Of a stretch of 64,000 nt of DNA, positions 10,142 through 19,797 are shown piece after piece. The stretch covers positions 21,236 to 85,235 of the IMG/VR virus record IMGVR_UViG_3300040771_000271; one strand, 5' to 3'. The first letter of the stretch is position 1, and each line of letters begins with the position of its first letter. The translations under genes and the position numbers were made by a program. Under the pieces are notes generated by a model. The model did no database searches, was not told the DNA's origin, and worked only from the letters and a program-made list of their open reading frames with translations. This stretch comes from a virus.

Positions 10142-10780
10142 ATGAGTAAAGTAATAAAATTTCAAAAAGATAATGGATTAATAGCTGATGGAAAAATAGG
10201 TAAAAAAACCTTAGCTAAAATGAAAGAGGTTTGGAAGATAAAAACAGATGAGAACTTAGCTCACTTCCTTGGACAAGGTGACCATGAGTCAATAGAATTT
10301 ACAGCAGATAAAGAAAATTTAAATTACTCGGCAAAAGCCTTAATGAGTACATTTAAAAAGTATTTTAAAACTTTACAATCAACTGTAGGATATGAGAGAA
10401 ACCCTCAAAATATTGCAGATAAAGTTTATGCAAATCGTATGGGTAATGGAGATGAAGATAGCGGTCAAGGTTTTCAACACAGAGGCGTAGGTATGATTCA
10501 ACTCACAGGAGCTGATAATTATAAAGCATTTTCTAAATGGTTAGGTTTAAATAAAGTTTTAACTACAGAAGAAATAGCTAATAACTATTTTTGGGAGACA
10601 GGTTTGTTTTATTTTATTACTAATAATTTATGGAAACTATGCGAAGAAGTAAATGATGAAACTATTTTAAAACTGAGTAGAGCTATAAATGTAGGTAATG
10701 TAAACACTAAAATAATACCTAATGGTTTACAAGATAGAATAAAAAAAACAGAGTATTATTATAATTTAATAAAAAACTAA
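10142..10780 (+). CDS. Endolysin, glycoside hydrolase family 19-like, with short N-terminal peptidoglycan-binding-like segment
   Basis: HFLGQGDHES, ENLNYSA, YANRMGNG, HRGVGMIQLTG, AINVGN and NGLQDR motifs; FQKDNGLIADGKIGKKT at the N-terminus. Confidence 0.9.
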   Translation: MSKVIKFQKDNGLIADGKIGKKTLAKMKEVWKIKTDENLAHFLGQGDHESIEFTADKENLNYSAKALMSTFKKYFKTLQSTVGYERNPQNIADKVYANRMGNGDEDSGQGFQHRGVGMIQLTGADNYKAFSKWLGLNKVLTTEEIANNYFWETGLFYFITNNLWKLCEEVNDETILKLSRAINVGNVNTKIIPNGLQDRIKKTEYYYNLIKN

Positions 10781-11416
10781 ATGACAGATTTTAAATACAA
10801 ATTAACGTTACATTTAATTATCCTAGGATTACTAGTTTTTATTTTTATAGGCTCTCAAAAAAAAGCAGAAAACACAACTAAACAAAAAGTAGTTGTACCT
10901 GAAAGAAAAGGAGAGTTTAAAAGCCCTTCAGCTATAATAAATATTAAAGGGAAAAAGGACAGTATTATTTGGAAAGATAAGATAGTAAGAACAGAGAATC
11001 CTATCAATAAAAAACTAGCTGAAGACTTCATAGCATCTCAAAAAGAAAACGACTCCTTAAAAATTCTAAAACTATACTTAGATGCAATTGAAGAAGTTGA
11101 TGGAACTTATGTTTTCAACGACAATTATTTAAAGCTTGAAGTCGCCACAAAAACTAGAGGTAAAATATTAAAAATAACTCCTAAATACACAATTAAAGAA
11201 AGAGAAGAAATTCTACAAGTAAAACAAAAAGAAACTGTATTTGCTTTATATGCAGGAGCAGGATTAAACACTACAACAACTGTAGAAAAATTAACACCAG
11301 AAGTTAATTTAGGGTTTCAAAATAGAAAGGGAAGCATATTAACTTTTAAGTATGGTATCACAGATAAGTCAATAGGAATAGGATACTCTTTAAGAATAAT
11401 AAATTATAAAAAATAA
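10781..11416 (+). CDS. Putative spanin-like lysis protein
   Basis: N-terminal TM, periplasmic-type linker, amphipathic beta-strand C-terminus; immediately after endolysin. Confidence 0.45.
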   Translation: MTDFKYKLTLHLIILGLLVFIFIGSQKKAENTTKQKVVVPERKGEFKSPSAIINIKGKKDSIIWKDKIVRTENPINKKLAEDFIASQKENDSLKILKLYLDAIEEVDGTYVFNDNYLKLEVATKTRGKILKITPKYTIKEREEILQVKQKETVFALYAGAGLNTTTTVEKLTPEVNLGFQNRKGSILTFKYGITDKSIGIGYSLRIINYKK

Positions 11417-11434
11417 CAACTAAACAAAAAAACA

Positions 11435-11728
11435 ATGCCAACAATTAAACAAGAAATAAGCGGATTAAACTGGGTAAACTTAATACTAAAGTTAAAATCT
11501 ATTTTTAATAAAATAGAATCTCAAAAAATAACAGAATCTGCTACAATTTCCGCAATGGGGAATACAACAGATTTAACAGCAATTTCAGCAGTTTACGCAG
11601 ATTTATCAGAAGCAAGAGTATCAGTAAATACATTGAGAACGGATTCAGAAGCAAGACTTGTAGCCATCGAAGCTAAGGTAGATATAATTATTTTAGCTTT
11701 AAAAACATCAGGTGTAGTAGCAGACTAA
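11435..11728 (+). CDS. Putative head fibre / small trimeric structural protein
   Basis: C-terminal KVDIIILALKTSGVVA resembles head-fibre trimerisation ends; coiled coil. Confidence 0.4.
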   Translation: MPTIKQEISGLNWVNLILKLKSIFNKIESQKITESATISAMGNTTDLTAISAVYADLSEARVSVNTLRTDSEARLVAIEAKVDIIILALKTSGVVAD

Positions 11729-11729
11729 T

Positions 11730-12272
11730 ATGGAAATATCAAATATAAATATAGATTTTGAAGTTATACCAACTAACAATCCAAAAAGACTTTGGATAAC
11801 AGATTGTAGTGATTGGAGTGTAGCAGAAAACAAAGCATCTATAATTTCCATAACTCCTCCAGGAAGCAGTACAGCCATAAACAATACTTTTATAAAACAT
11901 AACTTAAATGTTTTTCACAGTGTAAACTTATTACTGAGTTGTCTAGCAGAATGCAAGGAGCAAGAGTATCAAGATTTACCAGATGGTATCTATACAATTA
12001 AACTTTCTTCTGCATTCACAGATATAGATAAAACAAGATATTTTTTAAAAACAGATTTAACACAGTTAAGCTTAGATCAAGTTTATATAAAAGCAGGTTT
12101 AGAGTATGATAAAAGTAGTAAGAACTTTAGAGAAGATTTGCAAGATATAGAGTTTCTTTTAAGAACAGCTTCGGCACACACAAGAAACTCAGATTTATTT
12201 AAAGCTAATAGAGATTTTAGTTTATCACAAGAGTTACTTTCCAAATATATATCTTGCCAAAACTGTATATAA
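11730..12272 (+). CDS. Conserved virion protein (tail-hub-like by position)
   Basis: 180 aa; LPDGIYTI motif; C-terminal CxxC; upstream of tail fibres. Confidence 0.45.
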   Translation: MEISNINIDFEVIPTNNPKRLWITDCSDWSVAENKASIISITPPGSSTAINNTFIKHNLNVFHSVNLLLSCLAECKEQEYQDLPDGIYTIKLSSAFTDIDKTRYFLKTDLTQLSLDQVYIKAGLEYDKSSKNFREDLQDIEFLLRTASAHTRNSDLFKANRDFSLSQELLSKYISCQNCI

Positions 12273-12287
12273 AAAACTAACACTACA

Positions 12288-12644
12288 ATGTCAACACAAT
12301 CCATTTTAGAATTAAATAAAGACACCTACTTTAAAAAAACTGAGAATAGATTACTTTGTTTATCTGACAGTTATTTCTACAAAAGAAAGTTTTTATTAGG
12401 AGAAGGAGTAAATAGAGATGAACTAAGTTTCGCTATGAACTTTCACAGAATATTAAACTCAAAAGAGTGCAGTATTTATGACTTTGTAAAAAATAAAATT
12501 AAAGGTAAGTTAGAAGAGTGTGGACTTACAGTGAGTAATGATTTTCAGAAAAACTTACACCAATACAGTGAAGTGCTTAACTGTACAGAACAAGAAGCTT
12601 TAAACACAGTTTGTAAAAATATATGGGCGAATGCCGAATGGTAA
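12288..12644 (+). CDS. Hypothetical virion protein
   Basis: 118-aa ORF, Cys-containing, in the tail module. Confidence 0.5.
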   Translation: MSTQSILELNKDTYFKKTENRLLCLSDSYFYKRKFLLGEGVNRDELSFAMNFHRILNSKECSIYDFVKNKIKGKLEECGLTVSNDFQKNLHQYSEVLNCTEQEALNTVCKNIWANAEW

Positions 12645-12647
12645 AAA

Positions 12648-15600
12648 ATGAAAAAAGTAGAAATAAAGCATTTTAAAGTATTACAGTTACCAATATCTTG
12701 CGAACCTAATGCAATATACTACGTATTGGACTCTCTAAATAATAAAGTAAAAACTTTTATTACAGATTCAAGTGGAATACCTATACCTTTAATAGATTTA
12801 ACAGGTATGGGGATAGTACAGTCCGTAACAGGCACAGGGGTAAGCGGAACAATAAATAATCCAGAAATAGATATTGTAAACTTTGTAAGCTCTGAATTAG
12901 GTAACTTAGTAAAACTATCTAATCAAGATGGAAAATTAAAAGTAAATAAAATTACAAGTCCTGATTTAAGTTTAGAGATTATAAACACACCTAATGAACT
13001 GCAGATAGAAATAGCTAATAACTTATTAGAAAAAATAAATAATGCTCTTCAACCAGAAGACATTACTCAATATACAAATGAAGATGCTCAAGACGCTGTA
13101 GGTAATATATTTGTTGATACAACTACAATAGATTTAACTTATAATGATACTACACCTGAAATTTCAGCAAGTGTAAAAGCAAACTCTATAACAACTAGTG
13201 AATTAAGTGCAGGAGTTAACACATCCTTAAACTTAGCTAATACTTCAGTTCAACCAATTAACATACAAAACTTTTTTAATAAACTTTTAGACAACAGCGA
13301 CAGTATAATTGAAGGTACAACAAAAAAGTTTACAACAACTACTGAAAAAAACTTTTGGGATGCAAAGCAGGAAAATTTAGTATCTGGAACTAATATAAAA
13401 ACCATAAACGGTAACAGTGTATTAGGTGCGGGAGATATCACTTTAATTACTGACATAAGTGGCAAAGAAGATGTAGCGAATAAACAAAACAGCTTAGTAG
13501 TCGACGGAACAGGAATTAAATATCCAACAGTTGATGCAGTTAATGCTGGATTAATAACAATACCCACTTTACAAAGTGTATTAAATGCTGGTAATTATGC
13601 TGAATTAGATAACGGTCAATCTTGGATTGATGTATTAGGAGGGAATGAATATTATAGAGTGTTTAATGTAGCTCTTTATTCAGGTAATGGAGTAAATAAT
13701 AGCACTGAGTTTTATCTTACACCTACTGATATTAATTTCTACAATTCTGGGACTTTGAAAGAGGGTGGAATGAATGTTAATTCAGGAGAAATTTATTTAT
13801 TTTCAAAAAATAAAACACTAAACCAAACTACAAGTTTGCGTTTTGCTAATCCTATAGCTGGTTCAACACTTTTTTTACCTGCAAAAGCGACATCAGGGAA
13901 TTATACCTTAGCTACTTTAGATGATATACCAACCCCTTTAGATATAAGTAGCAAAGAAGATATTGCAAACAAACAAAACAGTTTAGCAGCAGACGGAACA
14001 GGAATTAAATACCCTACAGTTGACGCAGTTAATGCGGGTTTAGTTACAAAAGTTTCAATTGCGGGGGACACTATGACAGGTCATTTGCAAATAAATGCTT
14101 CTGGTACAGGTGAAAAAAGAGCCTTAATAATTCAAAACAATTTAGATGAGGATTTTAGACAAGCCATTACGGTAAAAGCAGGAAACACAACTAATCAAAG
14201 AAGATACTTTGAATTTCAAAACAATTTAGGAGTTAGAACAAATTTATTAGGTTTTAACGCCCAAAATGGATTTATAGCATTTGACAGTACATTGTCTTAT
14301 CATTTTCTTACTGCCAATAGTGGCGGAGCGAGTTCATTTAATAGTTATGGAACAAACCAAGTGCGTATTAATGCAGATGAGGGTTTGACGGGTACAAATG
14401 GAATGGCTATTTATAACGGTACTGCTAATCCTAGTGCTTCGGCAATTATGTACAATTTTAGTTCAGCACAAATGGTGCTTAATGGCGGTAGAAATATACA
14501 AATTCAAAGTCCCGATAATATTCAACATTTAAGACTTTTTGCGACAAATGCCTCTACAAATATTTTTTCAACTTTAGCTACTAGATTTTATAACACTGCT
14601 AATATTTTTAGTTTTTCAGATAGCGCATTAAATGAAAAAATACGAATTGATTTAACAGGCGGGAATACATCTTTAGTTATTGGTGCTACAACCGCAGGCG
14701 CTAGGCTAGACCTAAGGTCGCAAGGTGATTTATCTACAGATATTGTTTTTAGAGTTAGAAACAGCGCTAATACTTTAAACTTATTTAGTGTTGCGGGTAA
14801 TGGCGAAGTAATAGCAAGTAGTACAATATCTGCATCACCAGCAACACTATCAAATCAAGTTGTGGTTAAGTCTCAATTAGATTTAAAACAAGACATTATT
14901 ACAAACCCAATTACAGGTACAGGAACTTTAAATACATCTACAAGATGGACGGGAACGAATACCCAAGGTAATGGGAGTTTCATAGATGACGGATTAGGTA
15001 ATGTTTCTTTAGTTGGTGACGGTAAAAGTTTAGCCTTGCAGAATAATGGTGGTGCAAATTATGCTTTAAGATTAATAAACACAACAGCTGCTGGGTTTTC
15101 TGCTTTTTCAGTAAAGGGAGGTCCGAATGTTACCAGCGCAATGCTTGGTATATTTGGTCAGCGTGATAATGGTGAACTTCTAGTATTTAATGCCGCAAAC
15201 GCACCGATTGCATTTAGTACGAATTCAGTACAGCGGGGTCAATTTAACGCAAACGGTTTAGATGTTACAGGTAAAATTACTGCAACCGTAGCCCCTACAA
15301 ACGCAAATGATGTAGTAAGAAAAACCGAGTTAGATTTAAAAGCAAATTTAGCCTCTCCAGCACTAACAGGAACACCAACAGCCCCAACAGCCACAGCAGG
15401 AACGAATACAACTCAAATTGCAACTACTGCTTTTGTAAATACAGAATTAGCAACTAAACAAAACACAATAACAGGAACAACAAACGTAATTCCAAAGTTT
15501 GGAACGGGTGGTGTGGTTGCTAGCAGTATGACAGATACAGGAAATTCTGTAACTTTCAACTCAAGTATTAACGTCACTAGAAGCAGTAATACTAATAATC

Positions 15601-16442
15601 CTATATTATTTCCGTCTTCTGTTATGACCAACTCTTTAGCCACTATTGGTGACGGCACGACTACTTTTAACATGTCTAGACATATATTGCAATCAGGAAA
15701 TGGTACAGTAGATGTAAGGTTAAGTTCCGAATTTAATAGCACTTTTTCTGGTGGTACTATAGGGACAAACAGCGCTCACGGATTTAGAATTTTAACACAA
15801 GGTTTAACTAGAATTAATACTTTTTCAGATGGTAGAGTTGTAATTGGTAGTGGTGCTAATAATGGCGTAGACGCTTTGCAAATAAACGGGACAGCTTCGG
15901 CATCACCAGCAACACTATCAAATCAAGTTGTTGTTAAGTCGCAGTTGGATTTAAAAGCAGACTTAGCCTTAACACCTATACAACTTAAAGATTTCTTTGT
16001 AGATGCTAATAATGTTGGAATAACAGAAACAGATTTATACACTTACACCACTCTAGCAAATAGACTAAATACAACAGGTGAAAAGATAGTAGCGGTTTAC
16101 GGAGGAGAGCTTAAAGACGCAACAGCAAGTAGTCAATTAAAAGTATATTTTGCAGGACAAGTTATTGGGGATACAGGAGTTTTAACAATGAGTGTTGCAG
16201 GAGCATTTGTAATAAATGTTTCTATAATACGAACAGGAACAACAACAGCCAGGTCAATATTAAATATTTCTACTCCAGGAGCAAGCACTTCAGCATATAC
16301 AAAATATACATCACTAACAGGTTTAACTTTTAGTAACACTAACATATTGAAAATAACAGGAACAGCAGGTGGAGCTACAGGAGGTAATGACGATATAACT
16401 GCAACTTATGGAAACATTCAATGGCAACCAGCCGCAATATAA
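12648..16442 (+). CDS. Long tail fibre / receptor-binding protein
   Basis: 1264 aa, G/T/N/S-rich; classic ASPALTGTPTAPTATAGTNTTQIATTAFV fibre motif; internal repeats. Confidence 0.85.
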   Translation: MKKVEIKHFKVLQLPISCEPNAIYYVLDSLNNKVKTFITDSSGIPIPLIDLTGMGIVQSVTGTGVSGTINNPEIDIVNFVSSELGNLVKLSNQDGKLKVNKITSPDLSLEIINTPNELQIEIANNLLEKINNALQPEDITQYTNEDAQDAVGNIFVDTTTIDLTYNDTTPEISASVKANSITTSELSAGVNTSLNLANTSVQPINIQNFFNKLLDNSDSIIEGTTKKFTTTTEKNFWDAKQENLVSGTNIKTINGNSVLGAGDITLITDISGKEDVANKQNSLVVDGTGIKYPTVDAVNAGLITIPTLQSVLNAGNYAELDNGQSWIDVLGGNEYYRVFNVALYSGNGVNNSTEFYLTPTDINFYNSGTLKEGGMNVNSGEIYLFSKNKTLNQTTSLRFANPIAGSTLFLPAKATSGNYTLATLDDIPTPLDISSKEDIANKQNSLAADGTGIKYPTVDAVNAGLVTKVSIAGDTMTGHLQINASGTGEKRALIIQNNLDEDFRQAITVKAGNTTNQRRYFEFQNNLGVRTNLLGFNAQNGFIAFDSTLSYHFLTANSGGASSFNSYGTNQVRINADEGLTGTNGMAIYNGTANPSASAIMYNFSSAQMVLNGGRNIQIQSPDNIQHLRLFATNASTNIFSTLATRFYNTANIFSFSDSALNEKIRIDLTGGNTSLVIGATTAGARLDLRSQGDLSTDIVFRVRNSANTLNLFSVAGNGEVIASSTISASPATLSNQVVVKSQLDLKQDIITNPITGTGTLNTSTRWTGTNTQGNGSFIDDGLGNVSLVGDGKSLALQNNGGANYALRLINTTAAGFSAFSVKGGPNVTSAMLGIFGQRDNGELLVFNAANAPIAFSTNSVQRGQFNANGLDVTGKITATVAPTNANDVVRKTELDLKANLASPALTGTPTAPTATAGTNTTQIATTAFVNTELATKQNTITGTTNVIPKFGTGGVVASSMTDTGNSVTFNSSINVTRSSNTNNPILFPSSVMTNSLATIGDGTTTFNMSRHILQSGNGTVDVRLSSEFNSTFSGGTIGTNSAHGFRILTQGLTRINTFSDGRVVIGSGANNGVDALQINGTASASPATLSNQVVVKSQLDLKADLALTPIQLKDFFVDANNVGITETDLYTYTTLANRLNTTGEKIVAVYGGELKDATASSQLKVYFAGQVIGDTGVLTMSVAGAFVINVSIIRTGTTTARSILNISTPGASTSAYTKYTSLTGLTFSNTNILKITGTAGGATGGNDDITATYGNIQWQPAAI
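13452..14042 (+). repeat. Direct repeat A in tail fibre (13452-13553 and 13941-14042)
   Basis: DISGKEDVANKQNSLVVDGTGIKYPTVDAVNAGL versus DISSKEDIANKQNSLAADGTGIKYPTVDAVNAGL. Confidence 0.9.
14832..15956 (+). repeat. Direct repeat B in tail fibre (14832-14888 and 15900-15956)
   Basis: ASPATLSNQVVVKSQLDLK twice; 53 of 57 nt identical, first 32 nt perfect. Confidence 0.9.
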
Positions 16443-16457
16443 AACTAAAATAAAAAT

Positions 16458-16790
16458 ATGACTACAAACTGTAATAAGATAAAATATACTTGCGGAGATA
16501 TTAAAGGATTTTCAGCCTGTATAAAATATGAAAAAGAAGTTCCTCAATTCTCACCTTTATTTGGCAATGATTGTAAGGACTTAGAACAAACAACAGAAGA
16601 CCTATACAACACTGTAAGTAAGCTAAAACAAGATATAGATGTTTCAGGACTATTAAATGCATGTGTAACATTTAGCACGCCAAAAACAACTAAATCGGTT
16701 ATTGAACAAATGTATATAAAAATATGTGAAATGCAAGCACAAATAACAGCACAAGGGTTATTAATAACAGAATTACAACAAACAACATAA
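16458..16790 (+). CDS. Cys-rich tail-fibre-associated protein
   Basis: 110 aa, Cys-rich N-terminus plus coiled coil. Confidence 0.55.
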   Translation: MTTNCNKIKYTCGDIKGFSACIKYEKEVPQFSPLFGNDCKDLEQTTEDLYNTVSKLKQDIDVSGLLNACVTFSTPKTTKSVIEQMYIKICEMQAQITAQGLLITELQQTT

Positions 16791-17494
16791 TGGAAGAGTG
16801 CAACACAGGAATAACAATAATACAAACAGCTGAAGAATGTCAAAATAACTACGTAAGTACAAATTGTGTAGCTACACCAAACGCAATAACTTATCTAGAC
16901 CTTTCAGCAGGCGCAAGTCAAACTCAAATTAATGCAAACATAGTATCTGCTTTAATGAGAAAAGATGAACAGATAAGTGAAATACCAATCGCAAATGGAA
17001 GCGAAACAAAAATAGTAGCAGGAACAAATGTAACAGTTACAGGAACAGGAACAAATTTATCTAATTATGTTATATCAGCAATAGTTAATACTCCTACATT
17101 AGATTTAAAGACAATAAATGGAGAATCTCTTTTAGGCATTGGTAATTTGACTATTAGCAGTCCTGTGGTAGACTATAGACCTTACAAAGTATATACGGCT
17201 TTACTAAATCAAACAGGAACTTCAAACCCTGTCGCTAGAGTTTTAGAAAATACGTTAGGGGGGTCGATAGTATGGACAAGAAATTCAACAGGGACTTATC
17301 TAGGTACTCTTACAGGAATATTTACCACAAATAAAACAACGGTAATGATAACAAATGGAAGTGCTGGTTCAGATACAGTAGCAGGTTATGCTGAATTAGA
17401 TTACATTGTTTTATTTAGTCACTTAACTACAAATGGCTCTACATCTGACAGCGTATATGACAATGCAACAATTGAAATAAGAGTATATAACTAA
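16790..17494 (+). CDS. Short tail fibre / minor tail protein
   Basis: GSETKIVAGTNVTVTGTGT shaft and YKVYTALLNQTGT...IEIRVY C-terminal domain. Confidence 0.6.
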   Translation: MEECNTGITIIQTAEECQNNYVSTNCVATPNAITYLDLSAGASQTQINANIVSALMRKDEQISEIPIANGSETKIVAGTNVTVTGTGTNLSNYVISAIVNTPTLDLKTINGESLLGIGNLTISSPVVDYRPYKVYTALLNQTGTSNPVARVLENTLGGSIVWTRNSTGTYLGTLTGIFTTNKTTVMITNGSAGSDTVAGYAELDYIVLFSHLTTNGSTSDSVYDNATIEIRVYN

Positions 17495-17515
17495 TAAAAA
17501 TAAGAATAGTATATT

Positions 17516-18682
17516 ATGAAAAATAATAATTGTGAATGTGGAGGAGAGTTAGAAATTGATTGCACTTGTAAAACTAGACTTAGCACAGACTGTATTACCT
17601 TAAAAGAAGATTTAGTTTGTAGTAATGTTTTAAAATCACAAACTTTAACAGAGGCATTAAAACTATTAGATGCATACATCTGCGAAAGATTTGAATCTTT
17701 AGAAAATTTTTTTGACTTAATAAATGTAGGTTCAGGTTCACAGATATATAAAGGTATTTCAAATATCGGCAAAAAACAATTAAGAACACTTGTGAACAGT
17801 AATTTAATAACAATTACCCAAGGAACAGATACTATAACTATAGCTGTAGATGAAACTAACTTAATACCATTTATAAAAGCTAATCAAAAGACTTACTCCG
17901 CCACAAATTTAGGGATAGGCTCTGAAGTTTATAAAAGTACAACCATAGTAGGAGATAACACCCAACTAAACTTTAGAAAAATAAAATCTTCAAATGCTTC
18001 TGTAAATATTTCTCAAGGGACAGATGATATAGATATTACAGTGAGTGCAAGTGTAGTACCAGACGGTTCAGAAACTAAAATAAATGCAGGAACAAACGTA
18101 ACAAAGACAGGAACAGGAACAATAGCAAATCCTTATGTAATTTCTTCAGTAGATACTAATACCACTTATTCAGCAGGAACAGGAATTTCTCTAGTAGGCA
18201 CAACCTTTAATAACACATCTCCAGACCAAACAGTTATTCTATCTCAAGGTGGAGCAACTATTGTAACAGGCACTTATCCTAACTTTGTAATATCTTCTGC
18301 AGATACAAATACTACTTATTCTGCAGGTTCAGGACTATCATTAACAGGAACAGTTTTCGCCGTAGAAAATTTACAAAAAGTAATTACATACCCAACAGAT
18401 TTTACAGGTACAAATTATACACTAACCAACGCAGATTATAATTTTGAAATTATAATTGCAAATGGAGCAACAAATGTAAGTATAACAGTACCTAGTGGAC
18501 TAACTTCTAAAATAGGAGTGGGCTTCACTCAAAAAGGTACAGGAGATGTAACTTACGTAGCTTCTGGAACAATTATAAACAATCCTATAGGATTAAAAAT
18601 AAAAGGTCAGTACTATCAAACATATTTAAGTCAAGAATTATCAACAAATAATTACTTTTTAGGAGGTAATACAAAAATTTAA
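17516..18682 (+). CDS. Tail fibre protein
   Basis: Cys-rich N-terminus, DTNTTYSAG repeats, GSETKINAGTNV motif shared with the previous gene. Confidence 0.65.
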   Translation: MKNNNCECGGELEIDCTCKTRLSTDCITLKEDLVCSNVLKSQTLTEALKLLDAYICERFESLENFFDLINVGSGSQIYKGISNIGKKQLRTLVNSNLITITQGTDTITIAVDETNLIPFIKANQKTYSATNLGIGSEVYKSTTIVGDNTQLNFRKIKSSNASVNISQGTDDIDITVSASVVPDGSETKINAGTNVTKTGTGTIANPYVISSVDTNTTYSAGTGISLVGTTFNNTSPDQTVILSQGGATIVTGTYPNFVISSADTNTTYSAGSGLSLTGTVFAVENLQKVITYPTDFTGTNYTLTNADYNFEIIIANGATNVSITVPSGLTSKIGVGFTQKGTGDVTYVASGTIINNPIGLKIKGQYYQTYLSQELSTNNYFLGGNTKI

Positions 18683-18683
18683 T

Positions 18684-19004
18684 ATGAATAGTTTTAAAAG
18701 AGATATTTTCAGAACAGAACATATAACAGAAGTAACACCACCTAATAATTTACAAGAGGGGTCTATAAGCAGTACATTTCAAGTAACTAATCAAGATGTT
18801 TGTAGTTTAGTTGTAGACACTCCATGCTACATAGAGACAGTAACTACAGGTTTGGTTGTTAATGGAGATAAAGTTTTTAGTGATGCACAAGGACTAATTC
18901 CTGTAGCAGGACAAGGTAGATACTATAAATTAATATTAATAGATATTTACAATGTATCTATTGATGATAATGGTATAATAACAGTTGATTCAATTTGTTT
19001 ATAG
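18684..19004 (+). CDS. Small tail-associated protein
   Basis: 106-aa beta-rich ORF ending the fibre operon. Confidence 0.5.
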   Translation: MNSFKRDIFRTEHITEVTPPNNLQEGSISSTFQVTNQDVCSLVVDTPCYIETVTTGLVVNGDKVFSDAQGLIPVAGQGRYYKLILIDIYNVSIDDNGIITVDSICL

Positions 19005-19047
19005 TTAAAACAAAAGTTTATTGGTTTTCTTTTGTTTTAAAAAGAAG

Positions 19048-19073
19048 GAGGTGTAGAAATACATCTCTTTTTT
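19048..19073 (+). terminator. Rho-independent terminator
   Basis: GAGGTGTA-gaaa-TACATCTC hairpin plus TTTTTT. Confidence 0.85.
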
Positions 19074-19084
19074 GTATAAACCAC

Positions 19085-19130
19085 TTTGTAAGTAATTTTA
19101 AAAAATAAGTATAATATAGTATATTTGCAG
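19085..19130 (+). promoter_or_regulatory. Extended promoter TTTGTAAGTAATTTTA-N19-TATATTTG (near-leaderless transcript)
   Basis: 16-mer identical to 5656-5671; -7 box ends 4 nt before the ATG at 19132. Confidence 0.75.
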
Positions 19131-19131
19131 A

Positions 19132-19797
19132 ATGAATAATCGAGAATTTGTATCAAGAGTGTTAAACGGACTAAAGTCTTTAAGTAAGGACTCTATGATT
19201 TCACGCCGTTTTATTTTAAAAGTAGGACAAGAAAAAGCAAAGTTTTTTATATCTCAAAAAGCAGGAGAAAACTCAATATATAGAGAAGATAACTTATTGT
19301 CAAGTTTAAACTGTTTTGAATTAAAAAAAATAGATATTATTGATTGCCCTATTATAGAGTTTAGAACTTGTAAACAGTTAATGCAGTCTAAGAAAAAACT
19401 ACCTGAACTAATTTACAGTAAGTTTGGCTCAAGTATAAAAGAAGTTACTTCATTAGATGGAGAACACTTGATAAAACCTATTACTCTTGCACAATACAGA
19501 TTAAATAAACAAAGAAAAGACGCATCAAAAGACTTATATTTTTATATAAAAGATAATTATTTATATATACCAGATACAGAAGTAGAAATAGTAAATGTTT
19601 CCCTAATAACTTTAGATTTATTTGACCTTGATGAATTATCCTCGTGCAAAGAAAGTAATTGCAAATCAGCTTGGGATTACGATTTTATATGCAGTGACAA
19701 ATTAATGGAAGTTGTTATCTCAGAAACTATAAAAGAAGTAGTACTATCGAAGCAAGTGCAAGAAGATCAAAACCCTAACTTAAATGAAGGTAGCTAA
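19132..19797 (+). CDS. Putative ring / tail tubular protein
   Basis: 221 aa; YFYIKDNYLYIP motif seen in crAss-like ring proteins; gene order. Confidence 0.55.
   Translation: MNNREFVSRVLNGLKSLSKDSMISRRFILKVGQEKAKFFISQKAGENSIYREDNLLSSLNCFELKKIDIIDCPIIEFRTCKQLMQSKKKLPELIYSKFGSSIKEVTSLDGEHLIKPITLAQYRLNKQRKDASKDLYFYIKDNYLYIPDTEVEIVNVSLITLDLFDLDELSSCKESNCKSAWDYDFICSDKLMEVVISETIKEVVLSKQVQEDQNPNLNEGS

Noticed and set aside
12648-18682. Diversity-generating retroelement or invertible shufflon acting on fibres
   Set aside because: No reverse transcriptase or recombinase in the window; the repeats are direct, and their differences are mostly synonymous rather than adenine-specific.
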